Part shown: piece by piece, positions 53,684 through 61,696 of the stretch
Numbering within the stretch: position 1 is the stretch's first letter
How the letters are laid out: each line of letters opens with the position of its first letter
Source: Nitrospiria bacterium
Lineage (GTDB): Bacteria; Nitrospirota; Nitrospiria; JACQCE01
Length of the DNA stretch: 64,000 bases
Direction: 5' to 3'
NCBI GenBank assembly: GCA_035517195.1
Contig: DATIZH010000027.1
Location: 3,581-67,580, forward strand
The notes under the pieces: model-generated
Told to the model about the DNA's origin: nothing
Seen by the model: the letters and a program-made list of their open reading frames with translations, nothing else
The model's database searches: none
Made by a program: the position numbers and the translations under genes

Positions 53684-54370
53684 ATGACCGAACTCTCTCG
53701 GATTCGCTGTTATATCGCGATCGGCTCCAATCAGGGGGAACGGCTTTCCCTCTGCGAAGCGGCCGTAGCCGCGCTGGCCGCGCTGCCGCAGAGCGTTTTG
53801 GGTCGCCGCTCGTCGTGGTACGAGACGGAGCCGGTGGTAGATTCCGCCGCCCACCAGGCCGGAGAAAAGCCGTCGTGGTTTATCAACGGCGTCGTGGAAT
53901 TGACCACGACGCTGACGCCCCGGCAATTGCTCGACGAATGCCTCCGGATCGAGCGCCGGTTCGGGCGGAGTCGGAGCCGCTCGCACAACACGCTCGCTCG
54001 TTCGGGTGGAGATGCTCAGCTCCCCCCCGTTCATTCATCAGCGGGGGCCCGTGCGGAATCGTCAAAGCGTCCTCCGATGCCCCCGCACCTCGAGCCATCG
54101 CCATACGTTGACACACCACCCCTGTCCCGTCCCATCGATCTGGATCTGCTGCTGTACGGCGACGCCGTCATCAACGAGCCGGGGCTGACCGTTCCCCATC
54201 CGAGGCTGGAGCATCGGCGGTTTGTTCTTGAGCCGCTGGGGGAAATCGCCTCCGACACCGTCCATCCTGTCCTGGGAGCGACCATCGCCGAGTTGCTCGG
54301 CCGGCTGACGGACAGCCACGCCATTCGCCGCCTCGAGCCGGCCCCCATGCAGGCCCGACAACACGCGTAA
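53684..54370 (+). CDS. folK: HPPK (2-amino-4-hydroxy-6-hydroxymethyldihydropteridine diphosphokinase) carrying an internal insertion of about 47 aa
   Basis: Blocks YIAIGSNQG, RIERRFGR, RPIDLDLLLYG and TVPHPRLEHRRFVLEPL match HPPK. At 228 aa it is long compared with about 160 aa for a typical HPPK. The extra segment is repeat-derived (see findings). Confidence 0.85.
   Translation: MTELSRIRCYIAIGSNQGERLSLCEAAVAALAALPQSVLGRRSSWYETEPVVDSAAHQAGEKPSWFINGVVELTTTLTPRQLLDECLRIERRFGRSRSRSHNTLARSGGDAQLPPVHSSAGARAESSKRPPMPPHLEPSPYVDTPPLSRPIDLDLLLYGDAVINEPGLTVPHPRLEHRRFVLEPLGEIASDTVHPVLGATIAELLGRLTDSHAIRRLEPAPMQARQHA
54041..54086 (+). repeat. Hairpin A copy inside the folK reading frame, with stem GCGGGGGC/GCCCCCGC
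   Basis: GCGGGGGCCCGTGCGGAATCGTCAAAGCGTCCTCCGATGCCCCCGC followed by ACCTCGAGCCATCG, the family tail. The second stem position is changed on both arms. Confidence 0.85.
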
Positions 54371-54374
54371 GACG

Positions 54375-55019
54375 ATGGTGGGGGCGACCACACACCGCTA
54401 CTTGGTCATCGAAGGGCCGATCGGCGTCGGAAAGAGCAGCCTCGCCCGTCTGCTCAGCGATCGCTTGCAGGCCCGTCTGGTGCTTGAAAAAGTCGAGGAG
54501 AATCCCTTCCTGGCCAGATTTTACGAGAATCCGAAGCGGTTCGCCTTCCAGGCCCAGGTCTTCTTCCTCCTCTCCCGCTACCGCCAGCAGGTGGAGCTGG
54601 GCCAGATGGATCTCTTCAACCGGATGACGATCTGCGACTATTTTCTGCCCAAGGATCAGATCTTCGCCTCGGTGACGTTGAGCGACGAGGAGCGCGCGTT
54701 GTACGACCAGCTCTACCAGCTCCTCTCCCCGCGCGTCGCCACGCCCGATCTGCTCATTTATCTGCAGGCCTCCACCGATACGCTGATCGATCGGATCGAA
54801 ACCCGCGGCCGGCCGTTCGAGAAGGAGATCCCATGGGATTATCTCGACACGGTCAACCAGGCCTACAACAAGTTCTTTTTTCACTACGAGCAAAGCCCGC
54901 TGCTGGTCATCCAGACCGAAGCGATCGACTTCGTGAACAATCCGGACGATCTGGAGGACCTGATCAAGCAGATCAGTTCGGTGAAGCAGGGGGCCCATTA
55001 TTACGTGCCGAGGAAATAA
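54375..55019 (+). CDS. Deoxynucleoside kinase family protein
   Basis: P-loop IEGPIGVGKSSLA, an ENPFL block, DR-type motif (FASVTLSDEE...), the ...LIYLQASTDTLIDRIETRGR lid region, and a length of 214 aa. Confidence 0.82.
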   Translation: MVGATTHRYLVIEGPIGVGKSSLARLLSDRLQARLVLEKVEENPFLARFYENPKRFAFQAQVFFLLSRYRQQVELGQMDLFNRMTICDYFLPKDQIFASVTLSDEERALYDQLYQLLSPRVATPDLLIYLQASTDTLIDRIETRGRPFEKEIPWDYLDTVNQAYNKFFFHYEQSPLLVIQTEAIDFVNNPDDLEDLIKQISSVKQGAHYYVPRK

Positions 55020-55021
55020 AC

Positions 55022-55130
55022 GGTCCAGGGTCCAGTCGCCAGAGGCCAGGGGAAAACAGGGACACAAGCAAGAATCAATCATCATTCACATTCTCTGCGG
55101 ACCCCGGACCCTGAACCCCGGACCCTGGAC
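55022..55130. repeat. G-arm and C-arm module in the kinase-panC spacer
   Basis: GGTCCAGGGTCCAGTCGCCAGAGGCCAGGGG ... GGACCCCGGACCCTGAACCCCGGACCCTGGAC. Confidence 0.8.
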
Positions 55131-55139
55131 ACAAATATC

Positions 55140-55985
55140 TTGAAACTCCTTAAAACCATTCCCCAACTCAAACGTTCTCTCGCTCGATACAACACCACTC
55201 ACCGCACCATCGGCTTCATCCCCACCATGGGGGCGCTGCATGAGGGGCATCTCAGCCTCATCGACGAGTCGCGGCGGCGTGGCGACGTCACGGTCGTCAG
55301 CATCTTCGTGAATCCCACGCAGTTCGGCCCGGGAGAGGACTACCGCCGCTATCCCAGGCCGCTCGCCCGCGACGCCGCCCTCTGCCGAAAGGCCTGCGTC
55401 GATCTGCTCTTCGTCCCATCGATTGATGAGATCTACCCGCCCCGTGATGAAATGCGAATCGACGCCGGTCCGCTGGGCGACGTGCTGGAGGGCGCGTCGC
55501 GCCCGGGCCACTTCAACGGCGTGGCGACGGTGGTGCTCAAGCTGCTCAATCTCGTCCGACCCGATCGACTCTATCTCGGTCACAAGGATTATCAGCAGAC
55601 GCTGGTCATCCGGCAGCTGGTCCGGTCCTTTCATCTGGACGTCGACGTCATCGTCTGCCCGACGGTCCGGGAGTCGGACGGCCTCGCGATGAGCTCGCGC
55701 AACCGCTATCTGAACCGGCTCGAACGGGAGGCGGCCCCGCTGCTCTCCCAGGCGCTGGCGGCTGGAGCGGCGCAGCTCCGGCGAGGCGAGCGCTCGGCGC
55801 ACGCGCTGCGAACGGCGATGCAGAGGGTGCTGGCGCGCTCCCCGCTGATCCGGATCGATTATCTGGCCGTCTGCGATCCGACGACACTGGCTCCGGTCCG
55901 ACACATCGGCGGCAGTTGCCTGCTCGCCATCGCCGCCAGAATCGGACGGAACCGGCTGATCGACAATATCGTGTGCCGGCGGTGA
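55140..55985 (+). CDS. panC: Pantoate--beta-alanine ligase
   Basis: Blocks GFIPTMGALHEGHLSL, VSIFVNPTQF and HFNGVATVV. TTG start. Confidence 0.93.
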   Translation: MKLLKTIPQLKRSLARYNTTHRTIGFIPTMGALHEGHLSLIDESRRRGDVTVVSIFVNPTQFGPGEDYRRYPRPLARDAALCRKACVDLLFVPSIDEIYPPRDEMRIDAGPLGDVLEGASRPGHFNGVATVVLKLLNLVRPDRLYLGHKDYQQTLVIRQLVRSFHLDVDVIVCPTVRESDGLAMSSRNRYLNRLEREAAPLLSQALAAGAAQLRRGERSAHALRTAMQRVLARSPLIRIDYLAVCDPTTLAPVRHIGGSCLLAIAARIGRNRLIDNIVCRR

Positions 55986-56034
55986 CCTCGCGCCGTTGTC
56001 ATGACATTTTGAATGGTTCTGCTATGGTAATGAG

Positions 56035-57621
56035 ATGGGACTTCGCGATCGGTCACGTCGTTCGTCCGCCCTTCCTTCCCGCCGGCCTTCTTCCCATCCT
56101 CCCCGTTTTTCTTTTCCTCTAGCTCTATTTCTCAGCACGCTCCTCGCCGGGTGCGGCGGCGGGGGCGGAGGCGGCTCGTGCGTCGTGGCCTCGATCATCG
56201 TGTCACCCGGTTCGACTCCCGTCCCGATTTACAGCACGGTTCAATTCAGCGCCGCCGCCAACGACGCCACTGGTCGCGCGTGCGGCTCGGTGACGTTCAC
56301 GTGGTCATCCAGCGACTCCATCAAGGCGCCCATTGATCCGGCAAGCGGTCTGGCGTCCACGCCGTACGACGGGCAACCCGGTGACTATCCCGCAATTATC
56401 ACGATCACCGCCACGGACCTTGCTTCTGGATTGACGGGGACCGCCACGCTGACGGTGAACTTCAGTCTCTTCGGGCAGCCCACCGAATACGGCCTCGGGG
56501 TCGGGCTGAATCCCCAGGCGCTCGTGATTGGCCAATTCAATGCCACGACCGACGGCGATCCATCGCTTCCGCTCGATGTCGCCGTCGCCAATCAGGACTC
56601 GAACACTGTGTCGATCCTGCTGGGGGATAACACCGGCTCTTTGACGCTGGCCGGCGCGGCATCGACAACCTCCGGCAGCGCCCCCGTGGCGCTTGCGAAG
56701 GGCCGCTTCGATGCGGATACGTTGATTGACCTGGCCACGGCGAATTCCGGCGCCAATGACGCGGCGATCCTGTTGGACAACGGTGACGGATCCTTCACCG
56801 CCACCAGCCCGGCGACCGCCGGCGCCGGCACGTTGCCCAAAGCCGTGGCGTCTGGTGATTTCAACGGCGACGGGTACGACGATCTGGCCGTGGCCAATTA
56901 TTCAAGTGCGGACATCACGATCCTCAAATCAAACGGCGACGGCACCTTCACGACCAGCCAGACGATCACGCCGACCGGGTTCATCGGCCCGGTGTCGATC
57001 ACCGCCGGGGACATCGACGGGGACGCCTCTCTCGATCTTGTCGTCGGCGACCTGACCGGCGACACTGTGTGGGTGATCCTGGGCAACGGCGACGGCACGT
57101 TCCAAACCAGCGGCATCTCTCCGGTCGCCGTGCCGTTTCCTCCCGGCAGCGGGCCCGCCTCCGTCGTCATCGGCGATTTCGACGGCGACGGCTTCGCCGA
57201 TCTGGCCGTCGTCAATCAGGGAACGGCGGGGGAAAGCTGCTCTGCTCCGATTGGCTCGCACGATTCGGTCACGATCCTGTTTGGCCTCGGCGACGGCACT
57301 TTCAACCCATTCGGAAGTCCGAACAAGCCGCCTGCCACCTACGCGGTCGGCTCCAATCCCCGGGCGATCGCCATCGGGGATTTCAACAATGACGGCTTCC
57401 AGGATCTCGTCACCGCCGATTATTGCAGCGATGACGTGTCAGTCCTGTCAGGGGTTGGCGACGGAACGTTCCAGCCGGCCGTCAGTTTTTCCACGGGGAT
57501 GCCGGGCCAGGACTGGCCGACCGGCGTGGCGGTGGGGGATCTGGACAACACCGGCTTCGACGACCTCGTCATCACCGACTCCGGCACGAACAGCGTGTCG
57601 GTGTTGTTGAATAATTATTGA
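56035..57621 (+). CDS. FG-GAP/VCBS-repeat lipoprotein with an N-terminal Ig-like domain
   Basis: Lipobox LSTLLAGCGGGGGG. A segment of about 90 aa resembles the Big_2 domain. Then seven repeats such as GDFNGDGYDDLAVAN, GDIDGDASLDLVVGD, GDFDGDGFADLAVVN, GDFNNDGFQDLVTAD and GDLDNTGFDDLVITD. Confidence 0.85.
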   Translation: MGLRDRSRRSSALPSRRPSSHPPRFSFPLALFLSTLLAGCGGGGGGGSCVVASIIVSPGSTPVPIYSTVQFSAAANDATGRACGSVTFTWSSSDSIKAPIDPASGLASTPYDGQPGDYPAIITITATDLASGLTGTATLTVNFSLFGQPTEYGLGVGLNPQALVIGQFNATTDGDPSLPLDVAVANQDSNTVSILLGDNTGSLTLAGAASTTSGSAPVALAKGRFDADTLIDLATANSGANDAAILLDNGDGSFTATSPATAGAGTLPKAVASGDFNGDGYDDLAVANYSSADITILKSNGDGTFTTSQTITPTGFIGPVSITAGDIDGDASLDLVVGDLTGDTVWVILGNGDGTFQTSGISPVAVPFPPGSGPASVVIGDFDGDGFADLAVVNQGTAGESCSAPIGSHDSVTILFGLGDGTFNPFGSPNKPPATYAVGSNPRAIAIGDFNNDGFQDLVTADYCSDDVSVLSGVGDGTFQPAVSFSTGMPGQDWPTGVAVGDLDNTGFDDLVITDSGTNSVSVLLNNY

Positions 57622-57695
57622 TCCGGCAAGGTTGAGGACTTCACTCGTGCGAGGTTGTGATTTCCTGGACCCCGGCGACCGGACTCTGGCTCTTC

Positions 57696-60440
57696 TTATT
57701 CATGCACATGCGCCGGCTGGGAGGCGTCGTTGTCATTTGGATGCGTCAGTCGGTAGCGGGCCGCCACCGCCGGGGCCGATTCGTCGATTTTGTATTTGAG
57801 ATAGAGATCACGCTGGCGCTCGGCATCCGTCACGGCCCCCAGCGCGTAGTCGGCGCGCATCATGAGATAGCGGGCGTCGGCATCCTCGGGATCGATCGCC
57901 AGCGTCTTCATCAACCGGTCCGCGGCTTCCCTATAGCGCCCCTGGAGGAAATAGAGCTCTCCCAATTCATTGTTCGCGACGCGGTCCATCGGGTAGCGTT
58001 CCAGCACGCGTTGCAGGGAATCGATCGCGTCGTCGTACCGTCCCTCATCCCGGTACACGTCGGCAAGGAAATAACGCGCTGTCGAGTTGTCCGGCTCAAG
58101 GACCAGCGCGCGGTCGAGTTGCCGCCGGGCCGTTTCCGGATCTCCGTCCCGCAGGGCCGCCCGGGCCAGATTGACCGGCCCGTCGATGCCGTCCGGCTTC
58201 AGTTCGGCCACGCGCCGGAAGGCCGCCTCCGCTCCGCGCAGGTCGCCCTGGCGAAGGAGGCCGATGCCGTAGTCGTTGAACCGTTCCCATTCAGAAGAAG
58301 CCGGGCGAAGGGTCGAGGGGGAAGGGTCAAGGGGTACAGATCCATTCGTCGCCTTGTTCCCGATGGGAAGGACGACCGAATTGGCGGCCACGTCGATCAC
58401 CGGCAGGTCTGGCACAGGACCGCCGTCGATGACATAAGTGCTGTCATCGACCAGGCGCGTGAAGCCCGCCCGGGTCGAGGGGAGCTGTCGCCCGGCATAG
58501 ACCCAGCCGGTGTAGGCGCGGCTGAATTTCCGATACCGGAGCCTGGCCGTCAGGGTGACCGGTCCGCGCACGTCGGCCGGGAGCCTGATCCGGTAATGGG
58601 CAACGTCGGCGGCGCCCGGCGGAATGACGCGGGCATAGACGGTCGCCACCATGTCGATCGGCACATTCCGTTTATCGGCCACGTTCGCGTGGCGGTCGAC
58701 TGTTATCGCACGGTAAAAATGGGCGGCCGGATCAACCTTGCCGCCGGCGTTCATCTCCCCGCTGGCATAGAGCCGGCGGCCGTTGCCGTCGAGGGCCGTG
58801 AATTCGATCCACACTTCATTCGAATCGATCGTGCCGCCGGGAAAGGCATGGCCGACGCCCCGGGTCCGTACGACCACTTCAACGGTCAGATCGTCGCCGG
58901 GTCGCAGCGGGGGCCGGATCCTGTCCAGCGGCGCGCTCAGCGCATCCGACCCGTCCGTCCTCCGGGCGCCGAAGATATCGATCGAGACCTTGTCGTCCTG
59001 GAGAAACTTCGTCACCTGGTCGAGCTGCTTGAGGTCGCCGTTCAGAGAGGGGATCGCCGAATTCGCGGCCGCGAATCGATGGCTTCGAATCCAGCCGCCC
59101 CGTCTGGCCGCGGCGGGATCGTCGGATTTCACCAGCGGCATGTGACAGTCCTGACAGCGTTTCGACTCCTTGGGATAGTAGAAACTTCTCGATGAATCGC
59201 CCGAGACGCCGCTGTTCTGCCAGTGGTCATACTCGTCCTGGCCGCGGAGAAAGCGGTAGTCGTTCACCTCCTCGGGAATTCCCACCTTGTGGCACGCGGC
59301 GCAGAATTCCGCGTTCCGGTGGATCGGTTTGATCATCGCCTCCCGGTGGGGCGCCGGCTTGGCATAGATCAGCAGCTTGTTCAGGCTCTGCAGCAGGGGG
59401 CTGTCGCTCGCCGCCCAGGGGTAGCGCACGGGCATCCCGATCACATATCCGCCGTTGCCGCGCACGTTCGGCACCGCCTGCACCGCGTGGCAGGCCAGGC
59501 AGGAGAGGCCGGTGTTGGCCTCCTCGCTCGTCACGTCGACGCCCTGCTCGTCCATTCTGCCCGTGAAGAGCAGCGCCGGATCATGGCAGCCCGCGCACCA
59601 CTTGATCGTCGTCATCCCTTTGCGCTCGGCCGAGTAGATCGTCGTCCTCCGGTAAAAGGGATTGTTGAACGACGAAAAATGATGCATCGACGATTTCCAT
59701 TGCTCGTAAATGTCCCTGTGACAGCCTCCACAGTAGGCGGGATTGCCCAACGCGCCTTCGGGCAGCAGATGGCCGCCGACGGTCCGAGCCGCCGAGGGGG
59801 CAAATTTGGGATCGAGGCGGGGCTCGGTCAACTCGAACACGAGCCGATGTTGGTCCCTGCTCCGCTCCATCAGGGAAAGCCCCAGCCATAGACCGGCCAT
59901 GAGACAGACCGTCGATCCGGCCCAGACCAGTCCGGGCGACATCGGCCGGCAGATCCACGCTATCGCCCCGTCGAGCCCCCGGCGTGACAGACGGGGCTTT
60001 GCATGCAGGAGCGCGAAGAGCAGGCAGAGGGGGATGGAGAACAGATGCGCGGCCATGATCGAGCGGTGTCCCCTGGTCGCCCCCTCGATCATCAGGAACA
60101 GGCCGGTTCCACCGAGTGTCAGCAGACTCAGCACCAGCAGCAGGCTGATCCAGAGATTCCTCCGGCCGAGGTCCGCCCATCCCGTCCGGAGATGGCTCGC
60201 CATGAAGAGGGCGGAGACCGCCAACAGGAACAGCCCGGCGGCCGGATGGGCGACAATCATCGCAGCGGTCACTTCATCGACGGCCTTCACGGTCATCAGA
60301 TAGAGACCGTTGACCAGGAGGAGGCCGAAGACCACGGACAGCACGATCAGCCGCCGTGTCTCCGACCTGTTCAGTTTCGACGGGGAGCCCGTCGCCTCGC
60401 GCTTCATGTCACATCCCCGGAGATGAATGACGCCCGGCAT
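57696..60440 (-). CDS. Membrane-anchored pentahaem c-type cytochrome fused to C-terminal TPR repeats
   Basis: About five to six N-terminal TM segments. Five CxxCH motifs (CGGCH, CAGCH, CLACH, CAACH, CQDCH). The C-terminal 250 aa or so are TPR repeats (GDLRGAEAAFRRVAELKPD..., GRYDDAIDSLQRVLERYP...). The start could be Met1 or Met12. Confidence 0.85.
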   Translation of the reverse strand: MPGVIHLRGCDMKREATGSPSKLNRSETRRLIVLSVVFGLLLVNGLYLMTVKAVDEVTAAMIVAHPAAGLFLLAVSALFMASHLRTGWADLGRRNLWISLLLVLSLLTLGGTGLFLMIEGATRGHRSIMAAHLFSIPLCLLFALLHAKPRLSRRGLDGAIAWICRPMSPGLVWAGSTVCLMAGLWLGLSLMERSRDQHRLVFELTEPRLDPKFAPSAARTVGGHLLPEGALGNPAYCGGCHRDIYEQWKSSMHHFSSFNNPFYRRTTIYSAERKGMTTIKWCAGCHDPALLFTGRMDEQGVDVTSEEANTGLSCLACHAVQAVPNVRGNGGYVIGMPVRYPWAASDSPLLQSLNKLLIYAKPAPHREAMIKPIHRNAEFCAACHKVGIPEEVNDYRFLRGQDEYDHWQNSGVSGDSSRSFYYPKESKRCQDCHMPLVKSDDPAAARRGGWIRSHRFAAANSAIPSLNGDLKQLDQVTKFLQDDKVSIDIFGARRTDGSDALSAPLDRIRPPLRPGDDLTVEVVVRTRGVGHAFPGGTIDSNEVWIEFTALDGNGRRLYASGEMNAGGKVDPAAHFYRAITVDRHANVADKRNVPIDMVATVYARVIPPGAADVAHYRIRLPADVRGPVTLTARLRYRKFSRAYTGWVYAGRQLPSTRAGFTRLVDDSTYVIDGGPVPDLPVIDVAANSVVLPIGNKATNGSVPLDPSPSTLRPASSEWERFNDYGIGLLRQGDLRGAEAAFRRVAELKPDGIDGPVNLARAALRDGDPETARRQLDRALVLEPDNSTARYFLADVYRDEGRYDDAIDSLQRVLERYPMDRVANNELGELYFLQGRYREAADRLMKTLAIDPEDADARYLMMRADYALGAVTDAERQRDLYLKYKIDESAPAVAARYRLTHPNDNDASQPAHVHE

Positions 60441-60608
60441 GTGAGCGCCGGGATGGACCGCAGGCCACGGCGATGAGAAGGAGAAGACAGCGGACGATCA
60501 GCCCCATCATGAGGGTTTATACTCGGGTCACCCGTCCGGGGTCAAGAGTCAGGGGAGATGGACCCGTGTTCTCCCCCGGCGGCACATCACGCCGTCAGCG
60601 TGATCCCG

Positions 60609-60634
60609 GGTCCGCGTTCAATTGAACGCGGACC
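60609..60634. promoter_or_regulatory. Perfect 26-nt palindrome upstream of the cytochrome gene
   Basis: GGTCCGCGTTCAATTGAACGCGGACC, a 13+13 palindrome centred on AATT. It lies about 170 nt upstream of the cytochrome start and 38 nt downstream of the FN3 gene stop. Confidence 0.6.
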
Positions 60635-60671
60635 AGACGTCCGGGGCCGACTGCCGTGCAATGGGTGATGA

Positions 60672-61631
60672 CTATTCTGCGGCGCCACATTCACCCGGGA
60701 AACCGCGGTGACCGTGCCGGAAACAATCTCCGGGAGGGAGCGAAAAAGTCCGGGAGGGCCCGATCGTCACGGCGAGCGTGTTGGAGGGACCGCTTTCGCA
60801 ACCGGCGGAGGTCACCGCGGTCACAAAGTAGGCATAGCTGCCAGGAACCAGGCCGGTGTCCGTCACACTGGTGCTGGAGAGCGGCACGGCCGTCCTCCGG
60901 ACAAAACCGGTCGCGCCGGGATTCATCCGGTAGAGTTGATAGCCCACGACGGACGGATCACGAACACGGCTCCAGTTCAACTGAATCGCCTCCGCGCCGG
61001 TGCGCGGACCGTGAAGATTCAACGGAGTCTCCGGAGGGGTCTGCGTTGCCTGGGAGGCCGTGAGGATGAACCGGTGCGGCGCCGCCGAGGCGTTGGTGTA
61101 GCTGTAGGGAGGCCGCAGCAGGTCAACCGTCGCGCCCGTCGACGCGTCCGTCAGGCTCAACCGCACGCTTTGGCAATTGCCCGGCTTGCCTGCCGGAAGC
61201 GTCCAGGTCAGTGTGACCGGCCGGCCGTCCTGATTCGATGCGACATTGATCGTCCAGGTTTGCGGATAATGATCGGCCCGAATATCGCGCGCAAGGAATT
61301 GATCGCCCGACGCCAGCTCCGGATGATAGGCATACGCGGTCACCACGCCGATGCCGAGCGCCTTGGTGTCCGACACGTTGTCGAACGCGTCCTGGGCCGC
61401 CGAGTTGGCCCCGACGGTGACCGACTGGGTGGCCCGCCCCCCCTCGGCCGTCGTATAGGGCAGGCTGGCCGACAGGCGCATTTCCCAGTCGGCCGAGTAG
61501 GCGAAGGAGGCGGAAAATTGGAGACAGGCGGCTGTCGCCAGGGACAGGAATAGGCGGGCTGCCGGCGGCCCGTAGACCGCACACAACAATGTAGATGCGA
61601 TCCGCTGATGATTATGCCATCGAATGTTCAT
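60672..61631 (-). CDS. Secreted protein with a C-terminal fibronectin type III domain
   Basis: Start trimmed to ATG 61631, with GGAGAGGTGGAG upstream. FN3 pattern PETPLNLHGPRTGAEAIQLNWSRVRDPSVVGYQLYRMNPG...YAYFVTAVTSAGCESGPSN. Confidence 0.7.
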   Translation of the reverse strand: MNIRWHNHQRIASTLLCAVYGPPAARLFLSLATAACLQFSASFAYSADWEMRLSASLPYTTAEGGRATQSVTVGANSAAQDAFDNVSDTKALGIGVVTAYAYHPELASGDQFLARDIRADHYPQTWTINVASNQDGRPVTLTWTLPAGKPGNCQSVRLSLTDASTGATVDLLRPPYSYTNASAAPHRFILTASQATQTPPETPLNLHGPRTGAEAIQLNWSRVRDPSVVGYQLYRMNPGATGFVRRTAVPLSSTSVTDTGLVPGSYAYFVTAVTSAGCESGPSNTLAVTIGPSRTFSLPPGDCFRHGHRGFPGECGAAE

Positions 61632-61696
61632 GATTTCTCCACCTCTCCGCCGACTCGTGTTCGCCGTCCGTGTCGGCCGAACCCCGCCCCCCCGCT

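Noticed and set aside
43685-55130. CRISPR array or other regularly spaced direct-repeat array formed by the GGGTCAAGGGG-type repeats.
   Set aside because: The repeats are degenerate and of variable length. They occur as inverted G/C arms in separate intergenic spacers with whole genes between them. There is no constant repeat-spacer periodicity and no cas genes.
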